Of a stretch of 64,000 nucleotides of DNA, positions 1-11,542 are shown in pieces (the stretch's first letter is position 1; each line of letters starts with the position of its first letter). Origin of the DNA: Steroidobacteraceae bacterium. Lineage in GTDB: Bacteria > Pseudomonadota > Gammaproteobacteria > Steroidobacterales > Steroidobacteraceae. Below the pieces are notes generated by a model. That model made no database searches, was not told where the DNA came from, and saw only the letters and a program-made list of their open reading frames with translations. The stretch covers positions 31,994 to 95,993 of the forward strand of contig JBEKRP010000006.1 of the NCBI GenBank assembly GCA_049518595.1, read 5' to 3'. Position numbers and translations under genes: made by a program.

Positions 1-351
1 CTGGCAACCGGCTTTCCCTACCGCGAGGACGAACGCTATGCGGACAACTATTTCGCTATGTTCCGCATGCTGGCCTCGATGACCGCGGGGGTTCGCCGCC
101 CGGGCTCGGCGGCTCTGGATCTGGCTTATGTCGCCGCCGGCCGCGTCGACGGTTTCTGGGAGATGGGACTGAAGGCTTGGGACACGGCCGCCGGTACGCT
201 CATGATACGGGAGGCCGGCGGTCGCGTCGGCACGCTCGGCGGCGACGAGTATCGACTTGGGCCAAATATCGTTGCCGGTGCGCCAAAAGTGTACGAAGCA
301 CTGATTGCAGCGCTCGCGCCGCACGTACCGGAGGAACTGCGCAACGTGTAG
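1..351 (+). CDS. suhB: Inositol monophosphatase family protein, C-terminal part (5' end lies outside the window)
   Basis: Frame 1 is open from base 1. The translation ...AALDLAYVAAGRVDGFWEMGLKAWDTAAGTLMIREAGG... carries the conserved C-terminal IMPase WD..AAG motif. Confidence 0.8.
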   Translation: MATGFPYREDERYADNYFAMFRMLASMTAGVRRPGSAALDLAYVAAGRVDGFWEMGLKAWDTAAGTLMIREAGGRVGTLGGDEYRLGPNIVAGAPKVYEALIAALAPHVPEELRNV

Positions 352-389
352 AGTGCGGCTACGACAGGCCGTCTTTCCGGGAACCTTCA

Positions 390-1844
390 GTGAATAAGAA
401 AGGATTGTTCGCGACCAAGCCGATCGCCGACTACCACGCGGAGGCAGCCGGCAAACACCTGGTACGCGCCCTGGGTATCCCGGCCCTGATCGCCTTCGGC
501 ATCGGCGGCATCATCGGCACCGGCATCTTCGTGCTCACCGGACTCGCGGCGGCCCAGCATGCCGGCCCCGCCATCGTGATTTCCTTCGTCATCGCCGGCA
601 TCGGCTGCATGTTCGCCGGTCTGTGCTACTCCGAATTCGCCGCGATGGTTCCGGTAGCCGGCAGCGCCTATGCCTACAGCTATGCCACGCTCGGCGAGAT
701 CGTCGCCTGGTTCGTCGGCTGGAACCTGGTGCTCGAGTACATGATGGCCTGCTCCACGGTCGCGGTCGGCTGGAGCCGTTATTTCGTGGCATTTCTCGAT
801 GTGTTTCACGTTCACCTGCCCGAGGCGCTGACCAGCGCGCCGTTCGCCGCGGCCGAAACCAGCTTCGAGATACACGGCACCGGCGCGGTTCTCAATCTTC
901 CGGCCGTCCTGATCGTCGCGGCCGCCGCGGCACTTTGCTACAAGGGCATCAAGGAATCCGCGGTCGTCAATACCATCATTGTGATGATTAAGGTCAGTAT
1001 CGTCGTCGCGGTAATCATCTTCGGCGCGGTCTACGTCAATCCGGCGAACTGGGTGCCCTTTATTCCGAAAAACACCGGCACTTTCGGCCAATTCGGCTGG
1101 AGCGGCATCTGGCAGGCATCAGCGATCATCTTTTTCGCCTACATAGGCTTCGACGGCGTCTCCACCGTCGCGCAGGAAGCCAAGGACCCGGCGCGCGGCA
1201 TGCCGATCGGCATGCTCGGCAGCTTAGGGATCTGTACGGTGCTGTACATCCTGATGTCCAGCGTCATGACCGGCCTGGTGCCGTTCCACGACCTCAATGA
1301 CGCGGCTCCGGTGGTAGCGGCTCTGCAGCCGCATCCGCAGCTAGCGTGGCTCAAGTTCTGGGTCATCGTCGGCGCTCTGGCCGGCCTGACCTCGGTCATC
1401 ATCACCATGATCATCCCGCAGGCCCGCATCTGGCTGACCATGTCGCGCGATGGCCTGATGCCGAAATCCCTTGGCGCGATACACCCGCGCTTCCACACGC
1501 CGCATATCTCCACTGCGATTACCGGCGTACTGGCCGCGACCTTTGCCGGCCTGTTGCCGATCGGCATCCTCGGCGAGCTGGTCTCCATTGGAACCTTGAT
1601 CGCCTTCATCGTGGTCTGCATCGGCGTAGTGGTGCTGCGCTACACGCGCCCTGACCTGCCGCGACCATTCAAAGTCCGCGGTGTCTGGTTTATCGCCGCC
1701 GGCGGTGTCGTGTTTTGCGGCATGATGGCCTACTCATTGCCGAACGCGACCTGGTTGCGGCTGCTGATCTGGAGTCTGATCGGCTTTGCGCTCTATTTCT
1801 TCTACGGCCACAAGCACAGCCGGCTGCGCCGGCAGCAGACCTAA
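390..1844 (+). CDS. APC-family amino acid permease
   Basis: The in-frame GTG at 390 gives VNKKGLFATKPIADYH..., followed by about 12 hydrophobic segments with GIGGIIGTGIFVLTG and FAYIGFD motifs typical of cationic amino-acid/APC permeases. The 177 start in the ORF track overlaps suhB and is unlikely. Confidence 0.85.
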   Translation: MNKKGLFATKPIADYHAEAAGKHLVRALGIPALIAFGIGGIIGTGIFVLTGLAAAQHAGPAIVISFVIAGIGCMFAGLCYSEFAAMVPVAGSAYAYSYATLGEIVAWFVGWNLVLEYMMACSTVAVGWSRYFVAFLDVFHVHLPEALTSAPFAAAETSFEIHGTGAVLNLPAVLIVAAAAALCYKGIKESAVVNTIIVMIKVSIVVAVIIFGAVYVNPANWVPFIPKNTGTFGQFGWSGIWQASAIIFFAYIGFDGVSTVAQEAKDPARGMPIGMLGSLGICTVLYILMSSVMTGLVPFHDLNDAAPVVAALQPHPQLAWLKFWVIVGALAGLTSVIITMIIPQARIWLTMSRDGLMPKSLGAIHPRFHTPHISTAITGVLAATFAGLLPIGILGELVSIGTLIAFIVVCIGVVVLRYTRPDLPRPFKVRGVWFIAAGGVVFCGMMAYSLPNATWLRLLIWSLIGFALYFFYGHKHSRLRRQQT

Positions 1845-1857
1845 GACCGCGAACTCC

Positions 1858-2808
1858 TCAGGGCAGGTCGTCTAACGGCTTCTTCACCGCGCTGGCGAGC
1901 AGATGCTCGGCCTTGAGGCCGCAGTCCAGAGCCACCGCGCTCGAGATATAGATCGAGGAATAGGTGCCCGCGAGGATGCCGATGATCAGCGCCTCGGAGA
2001 ATCCCCGCAGCACCGCACCACCCAGCGCGTACAGCGCCACCACCACGATCAGCGTCACGACCTTGGTCATGATGGTGCGCGACAGCGTCTGATTGATCGA
2101 CTGATCGAGCACCGCCACCGGATCGAGACGTCGGCCGGTACGGAAGCGTTCACGGATGCGATCGAACACCACGACCGTGTCGTTGAGCGAGTAGCCGATC
2201 ACCGCCAGCATCGCCGCGACCACAGTCAGATCGAAGGTCGTGCGTGTGACCGAGAAGGTGCCGAGTACCAATATCGGATCATGCAGCACGGCCAGGATCG
2301 CCCCCAGTGACAGTCGCCAGGTGTGAAAACGCACGGCGATGTAGCCGAAAATCAGCAGCAGGGTCGCGATCAGCGCCTGCGCCGCGCTGCGCTGCAGCTC
2401 GCCGCCGATCTGCGGGCCGACCACCTCGACCTGCTGAATCTGAGCGCCCGCATCGACGCGGTGCAGCACCTGCTCGATCTGATTGCGCACCGTCTCGGTG
2501 CTCTGCTTCGTCGGTGGCAGCCTGATGGCGATGTCGCGCGAGGTGCCGAAAATCGTGACCTGCGGATCGCTGTAGCCGGCGCCCGTCAGCGCCGTAATCA
2601 CGGCGTCGCGATTGGCTGCGACCGGGAAGGTCGCCTGCACGGTCACGCCGCCGGTGAAGTCCACGCCGAGGTTCAGCCCGCGCGTCACCAGCGACACCAG
2701 GGAAATCAGGATCAGAACGATCGACAGCCCGTACCACCACTTGCGTGTGGACATGAACGGGAAAGTGGTCGCGCGATGAAAGAATTCCACGGCCGTCCTC
2801 GGTCTCAA
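1858..2808 (-). CDS. secF: Protein translocase subunit SecF
   Basis: 316 aa with a ..LGVDFTGG.. motif and a C-terminal membrane domain. It sits in the conserved yajC-secD-secF order. Confidence 0.95.
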   Translation of the reverse strand: MRPRTAVEFFHRATTFPFMSTRKWWYGLSIVLILISLVSLVTRGLNLGVDFTGGVTVQATFPVAANRDAVITALTGAGYSDPQVTIFGTSRDIAIRLPPTKQSTETVRNQIEQVLHRVDAGAQIQQVEVVGPQIGGELQRSAAQALIATLLLIFGYIAVRFHTWRLSLGAILAVLHDPILVLGTFSVTRTTFDLTVVAAMLAVIGYSLNDTVVVFDRIRERFRTGRRLDPVAVLDQSINQTLSRTIMTKVVTLIVVVALYALGGAVLRGFSEALIIGILAGTYSSIYISSAVALDCGLKAEHLLASAVKKPLDDLP

Positions 2809-2839
2809 ATTCGTTGGCGCTGATACGGCCGCATGGGCG

Positions 2840-4714
2840 TCAACCGATCGACAGCCGCGCCAGCTTGCGCCGGCCCCCGTACATCAGCGTGATCAGCGCG
2901 CGGCTGCCGAGCAGCGAGGTGAACATCGAGGTTGCGATGCCGAGCGTCAGCACGATCGCAAAGCCGCGGATGGCACCGGTGCCGATTACCCACAGCGCCA
3001 GGCCGGCGATCAACGCGGTAACGTTCGAGTCGGCGATGGCCGAGAACGCCTTGTCGAAGCCGGCGCGTATGGCTGCTTGCGGCGAGACGCCATTGCGCAG
3101 CTCCTCGCGGATGCGCTCGTAGATCAGCACATTGGCGTCCACCGCCATGCCGACCGTCAGAATGATGCCGGCGATACCGGGCAGCGACAGCGAGGCACGC
3201 AGCATCGACAGCAGCGCCGTCAGCAGAATCACATTGGCGAGCAGCACGGCGTCCGCGACCAGCCCGAAGGCATGGTAGTAGAGCGCCATGAACACGAACA
3301 CGGCGAGCATGCCGATCTCGAGCGCGCGCACGCCCTTGTCGATATTGTCCTGACCCAGGCTCGGACCGATGGCCCGCTCCTCCACCACTTCGATCGGCGC
3401 CGCCAGCGAGCCCGAGCGCAACATCAGCGACAGATCGCGTGCCTCGCCCGCGGTCAGCCCGGTGACCTGGAACTGCGGCCCAAACACGCCGCGGATCGTA
3501 GCCACGTTGATGACCTTCTCGCTGGTCGAATCGCGATCCACTTTCTGCCCGTTGACCTCGACCTGGCGGCGGCTTTTCTCGATATAGACGACGGCCATCG
3601 GCTTGCCGACATTCAGGCGCGTGGTGCGCAGCATGGAATCGGCGCCACGAGCATCGAGCTTGATCGAGACCGCGGGCCCCTCGGTGGAGGTGGTCGAAGT
3701 CGCGCTGGTGAGTTCATCGCCGGTCACGATCACTTCGCGCTTGAGCAGAATCGGCGCGCCGTCCTCGCGCTTGTACAGCTTGGTGCCGAGCGGCGCGTGT
3801 CCGCTCTGCTCAGCCTGCATCGGATTGTTCTGCGTATCGACCAGACGCAACTCGAGCGTGGCAACCTTGCCCAGCAAATCCTTGACCTCGGCCGAATTCT
3901 GCACTCCAGGCAGCTGGACGTTGATGCGGTCTAGGCCCTGACGCTGCACGATCGGCTCAGACACGCCCAGTTCGTTGACGCGGTTCGTCAGCGTGGTGCG
4001 ATTCTGCTCGAGCGCATAGTCCTCGCGGGCCTTGATCTGGGCCGCCGTCAGTACCATGTCGACTACGGGTCCAGAGGCGCTGCTGCTGCTGGTGAATTTG
4101 AGATTACCGTCGACCTTCTTCAGTACCGCCTCGATCGCGCCGGCGTCCGCATCCGCCGGCAAGCTCACGCGCAGACCGTTGGCAATCCCGCCGGTACCCG
4201 CGGTGATCGTCGTGATATCGGCGAACGGCAGCTTGGCCTCGTTGAGCGCGCGGCGGAAGCTCTGCTCATAGCTCTCGAGCAGCTGGCTCACCGCGCCCTG
4301 CAGGTCCACCTGATAGAGCAGATACAGGCCGCCGCGAAGATCCAGGCCAAGCGGCATGGCCTTCAATCCGATGCTGCGCATCCAGCCCGGAGCCCGCGAG
4401 GCGTTCGCCAGCGCCGAACGATCGACGTCCGACAGCGTCGCATCGACCGTGTCGCGCGCCTTGAGCTGTGAGGCGAGGTCGTTGAATGCCAGTATCAGCC
4501 GGCCGCTGTCGATGAAGTCGCGCTTGATCACGATATTCTGCTTGTGCAGCAGCTCTTCGATCGACTGGCGCGCAATGTCGTCCATCGGCGCGCGGCTCTT
4601 GCGCTCCACCTGCAACGCCGGGTCTTCGCCAAACAGATTCGGCAGCGCGAACAGCAGTCCAATCAGCACCACGAGCGCGACGAGCACGTATTTCCAGCGC
4701 GCAAATTCCAGCAT
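2840..4714 (-). CDS. secD: Protein translocase subunit SecD
   Basis: 624 aa. The N-terminus MLEFARWKYVLVALVVLIGLLFALPNLFGEDPALQ is the typical SecD start, followed by a periplasmic domain and six C-terminal TM segments. Confidence 0.95.
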   Translation of the reverse strand: MLEFARWKYVLVALVVLIGLLFALPNLFGEDPALQVERKSRAPMDDIARQSIEELLHKQNIVIKRDFIDSGRLILAFNDLASQLKARDTVDATLSDVDRSALANASRAPGWMRSIGLKAMPLGLDLRGGLYLLYQVDLQGAVSQLLESYEQSFRRALNEAKLPFADITTITAGTGGIANGLRVSLPADADAGAIEAVLKKVDGNLKFTSSSSASGPVVDMVLTAAQIKAREDYALEQNRTTLTNRVNELGVSEPIVQRQGLDRINVQLPGVQNSAEVKDLLGKVATLELRLVDTQNNPMQAEQSGHAPLGTKLYKREDGAPILLKREVIVTGDELTSATSTTSTEGPAVSIKLDARGADSMLRTTRLNVGKPMAVVYIEKSRRQVEVNGQKVDRDSTSEKVINVATIRGVFGPQFQVTGLTAGEARDLSLMLRSGSLAAPIEVVEERAIGPSLGQDNIDKGVRALEIGMLAVFVFMALYYHAFGLVADAVLLANVILLTALLSMLRASLSLPGIAGIILTVGMAVDANVLIYERIREELRNGVSPQAAIRAGFDKAFSAIADSNVTALIAGLALWVIGTGAIRGFAIVLTLGIATSMFTSLLGSRALITLMYGGRRKLARLSIG

Positions 4715-4760
4715 GAGCTTCCGACTCTAAAGACAGGCTTGGGCGTTAGGAACTTAGGAC

Positions 4761-5093
4761 TCAGGCGCTCTTGAGCGTGCCCTTGGGCATGAGCTGCGTG
4801 ATCTGCGTCTTCTGCACCTTGATGCGCACGCCGTCGGCGATTTCCAGCGTGACGAAGGTATCGTTGACCTCGATGATGCGTCCAAGGATGCCGCCGGTGG
4901 TCACGACCTCATCGCCGCTGGCCAGGCGCGAGAGCATCGCCTGCTGCTCCTTCATGCGCTTCTGTTGCGGCCGGATCAGCAGGAAATAGAACACCCCCAC
5001 GAATACCACCAGGATGACGATCTGACTCATGCCGCCGCCGCCCAAGCCGCCGCCGGTAGATTGCGCGTACGCGTCGCTGACCAATAAGCTCAT
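4761..5093 (-). CDS. yajC: Preprotein translocase subunit YajC
   Basis: An internal ATG at 5093 gives MSLLVSDAYAQ... with one TM segment and the conserved LIRPQQKR motif. The longer ORF start at 5144 adds an Arg-rich non-homologous extension. Confidence 0.9.
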   Translation of the reverse strand: MSLLVSDAYAQSTGGGLGGGGMSQIVILVVFVGVFYFLLIRPQQKRMKEQQAMLSRLASGDEVVTTGGILGRIIEVNDTFVTLEIADGVRIKVQKTQITQLMPKGTLKSA

Positions 5094-5174
5094 GCTTGCC
5101 TCTTGTCCTGACTCGAGCTGCCCATGCGAGCGCCTTCGGGGCATTCGCCCCTGTACCCCCGCAAAGGGGCGGCA

Positions 5175-7492
<2,318 letters not shown>

Positions 7493-7509
7493 TGTCGTAT
7501 CAATGGCAA

Positions 7510-7594
7510 TGGTGGCCTCGCTCGGAGTCGAACCGAGATGGGCAAGCCCGGTCGATTTTGAGTCGACTGCGTCTACCAGTTCCGCCACGAGGCC
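7510..7594 (-). tRNA. tRNA-Leu (anticodon CAA), 85 nt with long variable arm and encoded CCA
   Basis: The reverse complement reads GGCCTCG TG GCGGAACTGGTAGACGC A GTCGA CTCAAAA TCGAC CGGGCTTGCCCAT CTCGG TTCGACT CCGAG CGAGGCC A CCA. It has a 7-bp acceptor stem, a 5-bp anticodon stem with loop CT-CAA-AA, and a T-arm with a TTCGA loop. Confidence 0.92.
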
Positions 7595-7690
7595 GTCGGA
7601 CTGCCTGCACGCATGGCGATCACCCATGCTGATGCGCCCGTTTCGCGATGCAGAGCGTCCCTCGGTGCGAGTACGATACCTCAATCTTTT

Positions 7691-8233
7691 ATGAAATTCT
7701 GTCCAGCGTGCGGTCAACCGGTGGAGATGCGCATTCCAGCCGGCGACAACCTGCCGCGTGCGGTCTGCACCGCCTGCGGCAGCATTCATTACCAGAACCC
7801 GCGCATCGTCGTCGGCTGCGTGCCCGAATGGCAAGGCCGCATCCTGCTGTGCCAGCGGGCAATCGCGCCGCGTCGCGGCTACTGGACCACGCCGGCCGGT
7901 TTCATGGAAAACGGCGAAACCCTGCAGGCTGCCGCAGCACGCGAGTCGCTGGAGGAAGCTGAGGCTCGGGTCCAGATCGGCTCGCTGCTGGCGATCACCC
8001 ACGTTCTGCATGCGTCGCAGGTCCACATGACCTTCCGTGCCGGCCTGCTTCAGGGCAAATTCGGCGTCGGCGCCGAGAGCCTGCGGGTCGGACTGTACGA
8101 GGAGGCCGAGATTCCCTGGGAGCAGATCGCCTTTCCGAGCATCGAGTTCGCGCTGCGTTGCTATTTCGAGGATCGCCGCTCGGCGCAGGAATTGCTGCAT
8201 TTCAGCGACATCAATCGACCCCTGCAGAATTGA
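7691..8233 (+). CDS. NUDIX hydrolase with N-terminal zinc ribbon
   Basis: ATG at 7691. The N-terminus has MKFCPACG...CTACG (four Cys), and the Nudix box GFMENGETLQAAAARESLEEAEA fits GX5EX7REUXEEXGU. Confidence 0.85.
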   Translation: MKFCPACGQPVEMRIPAGDNLPRAVCTACGSIHYQNPRIVVGCVPEWQGRILLCQRAIAPRRGYWTTPAGFMENGETLQAAAARESLEEAEARVQIGSLLAITHVLHASQVHMTFRAGLLQGKFGVGAESLRVGLYEEAEIPWEQIAFPSIEFALRCYFEDRRSAQELLHFSDINRPLQN

Positions 8234-8392
8234 GCCCGCGCCGCGCGCTCCGCCGCGCCCACCGCCGCGGCCGGGTTAGCCCGCCTCGCTTTCGGGGTCG
8301 ATGCGGCTTTGGCACAATACGCGCCCCCCGCGGGAGAGCCGGAAAACCAGTGGCTACGCCGGCACCCAGTGCCAGCATCGATCGGAGCAGCA

Positions 8393-8716
8393 ATGACCTT
8401 TGTCGTGACGGAAAAGTGTATCAAGTGCAAGTACATGGACTGCGTGGAAGTCTGCCCGGTTGACTGTTTCCACGTCGGCCCGAATTTCCTGGTGATCGAC
8501 CCGGACGAGTGCATCGACTGCACCCTGTGCGAGCCCGAGTGCCCGGTGGAGGCAATCTATTCCGAGGAAGAGTTGCCCGCGGGGCAGGAACCGTTCAAGC
8601 AGATCAATGCCGAACTCGCCAAGCAGTGGCCCGTCATCACGGAAAAGGGCACTGCACCGGCCGACGCCAAGGAGTGGGAAGATAAAGCCGACAAGCGCGC
8701 GCTGCTGGAACGTTAA
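8393..8716 (+). CDS. fdxA: 7Fe ferredoxin (FdxA type)
   Basis: [26 protein letters not shown]...[12 protein letters not shown] shows the classic [3Fe-4S][4Fe-4S] ferredoxin cysteine pattern. Length is 107 aa. Confidence 0.92.
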   Translation: MTFVVTEKCIKCKYMDCVEVCPVDCFHVGPNFLVIDPDECIDCTLCEPECPVEAIYSEEELPAGQEPFKQINAELAKQWPVITEKGTAPADAKEWEDKADKRALLER

Positions 8717-8742
8717 GGGCAAGCACCCGGAAAGCCTGGCGG

Positions 8743-9579
8743 CTACGGCTGCAGCTCCTTGAGCTGTTCGACCAACGCATCGGGCGACAGGTAGCCGCCC
8801 AGCATGGCGCCATTCGCGGCCACGATCCCAGGCGTACCCTCCAGACCGATGGCCTTGCCGAGCTCATATTCCTGCGCCACTGGCGTATCGCCACAGGGCT
8901 GCGAATCCAGTGCCTCGCCCAGCTTCGCTCGGGTCAGGGCGGCCTTGCGGTCAGCCGAACACCACACCTGCTCCGCCTTGTACCAGGACTCGGTGTCTGG
9001 CCCGGTGCGCGGGTAAAACACATAGCGCACGCGCACGCCCAGCCGGTTGTATTCGGCGATCTGGCGATGTAGGGCGCGGCAGAAGCTGCAGTCGACATCG
9101 GTGAATACGGTGACCGTGTATTTGGGTCGCGGCGGCGAGAACACCACCATCTTGGATTCCGGAACGGCGTCGATCAGCTTGCGTCGCAGCTCGCGCCGGT
9201 GCACTTCGGTCAGATTGGCGTGGCTGCGGACCTGATAGAGATCGCCGATGAAGGCGTACTGGCCGTCCCGCGTCATGTAGAGGATGTCGGACCCGCGCAG
9301 CACTTCAAAAATGCCGGCGACCGGTGTCGCCTGAACGTCCTCGGGCTTAACGCCTGCAAGGCCCGCGACGGCACGTAGCGTCTCCTGGGACGCGGTTACC
9401 GACTGGGGGCCTGGTAGATGGGCCGCGGCGGCGCCCGGCGCGTCGGCGGCCGGCGTGGCTGTGGCGCCGCTCGCGGGTGCTGCGGGCTCTTGCTGCGGCG
9501 CAGTAGTCGCCGCCCAAAGACCTCCGGCCATGAGGCCCAGCGATGCCAGTGCTGCGCACCGAAAACGGAAGTTTTTCAT
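8743..9579 (-). CDS. dsbC: Thiol:disulfide interchange protein DsbC/DsbG family
   Basis: Signal peptide MKNFRFRCAALASLGLMAGGLWA, a thioredoxin fold with active site CSFC and a second Cys pair. It lies next to xerD as in enterobacteria. Confidence 0.8.
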   Translation of the reverse strand: MKNFRFRCAALASLGLMAGGLWAATTAPQQEPAAPASGATATPAADAPGAAAAHLPGPQSVTASQETLRAVAGLAGVKPEDVQATPVAGIFEVLRGSDILYMTRDGQYAFIGDLYQVRSHANLTEVHRRELRRKLIDAVPESKMVVFSPPRPKYTVTVFTDVDCSFCRALHRQIAEYNRLGVRVRYVFYPRTGPDTESWYKAEQVWCSADRKAALTRAKLGEALDSQPCGDTPVAQEYELGKAIGLEGTPGIVAANGAMLGGYLSPDALVEQLKELQP

Positions 9580-9632
9580 GGGCCCAAGCATAGCATGGGG
9601 CGCCAGACGCAAGCCCTGTGGCCGCCGCGCGA

Positions 9633-10571
9633 CTAGCCGCGTGGGTGGTGTTGGGAGTGCAGCTCTTTCATGCGCTCCCGAGCCACGTGGGTGTAGATCT
9701 GGGTGGTCGACAGGTCGCTATGACCGAGCAGCATCTGAACCACGCGCAGGTCGGCGCCGTGATTGAGCAGATGGGTCGCAAAGGCATGCCGCAGCGTATG
9801 CGGCGAGAGCTCGCGATCCACGCCGGCCTTGCGCGCATATCTTTTGATGATGTGCCAGAACGCCTGCCGCGTCATCCGATCGCCGCGGCGCGTGGGAAAA
9901 AGATAGTCGGTACTGCGGTCCAACAGGATGTCGTTGCGCGCACCGTTGATGAAGGCTCTGAGCCAGCGCACCGCTTCCTCGCCCAGTGGAATCAGGCGTT
10001 CCCGATTGCCCTTGCCGAGCACGCGGGTTACCCCCTGGTTCATGTTGATCTGGCCGAGCTTCAGGCTCACCAGCTCCGAGACACGCAGGCCGGTCGCATA
10101 CAGCACCTCGAGCATGGTGCGATCGCGATAGCCAAGCGGGTCCGCGACCGCAGGTGCGGCCAGCAAGGATTCGACCTCCGCCTCGGACAGCGAGCGCGGC
10201 AGCGAGCGGCCGATCTTCGGCATCGCGATCTGCGCCGTGGGGTCCTCGCGCACGCCGCCTTCGCGCACCAGGTAGCGAAAGAAGCGCCTGAAGGACGATA
10301 GCTGACGGGCCGTCGAACGCGGCCGGGCGCCCCCTTGCACGCGGGCGGCAATGAAATCCATCAGCTCAGCGCGTCCGGCCTGCGCCAGGCTGAGCTTACG
10401 CTCGCACAGCCAGCGATGCAGCGCCACCAGATCCGCACGGTAGGCCGCAAGTGTATTGGACGAGAGGCCCCGTTCCATCCATACCGCATCGAGAAAACGC
10501 GCGATGAGCGGATCGGTCGGATCGGTGCTGGATCTCTCCACTGTTACCGTAGCCTGACTTGTCAATGCCAT
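9633..10571 (-). CDS. xerD: Site-specific tyrosine recombinase XerD
   Basis: Core-binding plus catalytic domains with R..HxxR..Y residues (..LRHAFATHLLNHGADLRVVQMLLGHSDLSTTQIYTHV..). The start was chosen at the internal ATG 10571. Confidence 0.9.
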   Translation of the reverse strand: MALTSQATVTVERSSTDPTDPLIARFLDAVWMERGLSSNTLAAYRADLVALHRWLCERKLSLAQAGRAELMDFIAARVQGGARPRSTARQLSSFRRFFRYLVREGGVREDPTAQIAMPKIGRSLPRSLSEAEVESLLAAPAVADPLGYRDRTMLEVLYATGLRVSELVSLKLGQINMNQGVTRVLGKGNRERLIPLGEEAVRWLRAFINGARNDILLDRSTDYLFPTRRGDRMTRQAFWHIIKRYARKAGVDRELSPHTLRHAFATHLLNHGADLRVVQMLLGHSDLSTTQIYTHVARERMKELHSQHHPRG

Positions 10572-10692
10572 ACCTTGATGTGGGATCTTCTTGCTGGCGC
10601 AGTATGCTGAGGCGGAGCGGCGCTTCGATGTGATCACCCTCACAGCCACGCGCAGCCGTTAACATAAAGAGAACTGCATCACATGCAAAACC

Positions 10693-11529
10693 ATGCGTAA
10701 TGCGAACTCCGCCGGCAAATCGGCCCGTGGTCGCCCGCTTACGGCCCGCGGAGGGGCCCCGGCGCCGCCGGGGCGCCTGAGCGTGTTACGCCTGGTCTAT
10801 GGCATCTGCACCTGGCTGCAGTTCCTGCTCGCGGCCGCGCTGGTGCTGCCGGTGCTGCTGCTCACGCCACAGTTGTCGCGCCGACGCGCGCTGGTCAGTC
10901 GGATCGCACGGCTGGCACTAGGCCTGGCCGGCATGCGGCTCGAGGTCCACGGCCTCGGCCAGCTGCCACAGCCCTGCATCGTGGTCGCGAATCACAGCAG
11001 CTACCTCGATGGCGTGGTGCTGGCGGCGACCCTCCCGCCCTGCTTCAGTTTCGTGATCAAACGCGAAATGTCCGCCGTGCCGCTGGCGGGCATATTACTA
11101 CGCCGCATCGGCGCCGAGTTCGTCGAGCGCGGCGATCACATCCGCGGCGCGCGCGATGCGCGCCGGCTGTTGCGCAACGCCGCCATCGGGCACTCGCTGG
11201 TTTTTTTCCCCGAGGGCACTTTCAGCGCCGACGTCGGGCTGTTGCGCTTTCATATCGGCGCCTTCGCCGCGGCGGTACGTGCTAACGTTCCGGTGGTTCC
11301 GGTGGCGATCCGCGGCACCCGCCGATGCCTGCCCCCGGGAAGCCCCTGGCCGCGGCCCGGCACCATTCGACTCGAAGCGCTCGCGGCGCTGCCGTCGCTG
11401 CCGTCTGCCGGCGGCAAGGACGCCGGCGATCGTGCGGTGCTGCTGCGCGATGCCGCTCGTGCTGCCTTGCTTGCCGTCCTGGCTGAGGCGGACCTGGAGG
11501 CGCCGGAGCTGGCGGCGAACGGCCCATGA
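10693..11529 (+). CDS. 1-acyl-sn-glycerol-3-phosphate acyltransferase family (PlsC-like) protein
   Basis: Contains the H(X)4D motif NHSSYLDG and an FPEGT motif, with an N-terminal TM segment. Confidence 0.75.
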   Translation: MRNANSAGKSARGRPLTARGGAPAPPGRLSVLRLVYGICTWLQFLLAAALVLPVLLLTPQLSRRRALVSRIARLALGLAGMRLEVHGLGQLPQPCIVVANHSSYLDGVVLAATLPPCFSFVIKREMSAVPLAGILLRRIGAEFVERGDHIRGARDARRLLRNAAIGHSLVFFPEGTFSADVGLLRFHIGAFAAAVRANVPVVPVAIRGTRRCLPPGSPWPRPGTIRLEALAALPSLPSAGGKDAGDRAVLLRDAARAALLAVLAEADLEAPELAANGP

Positions 11530-11542
11530 GCGTGCGCCATCG

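Noticed and set aside
387-1091. Long antisense or out-of-frame ORFs throughout the window. Examples are 387..1091(-), 13857..14909(-), 16480..17571(-), 18271..19239(-), 19273..20376(-), 40403..41443(-), 54902..56878(+), 57808..58602(+), 58912..60006(+) and 61153..63933(+, 926 aa).
   Set aside because: They lie opposite or out of frame to genes with clear family motifs. Their translations are Arg/Ala/Gly/Pro-rich low-complexity strings with no recognisable domains. Stop-free shadow frames of this kind are expected at about 67% GC.
8304-8318. TGGCAC-AATAC-GCGC upstream of fdxA as a possible sigma-54 promoter
   Set aside because: The GG/GC spacing is correct, but the -12 box lacks the TTGC core (it reads GCGC). 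I know of no supporting context for RpoN control of fdxA, so I kept it only as a weak note.
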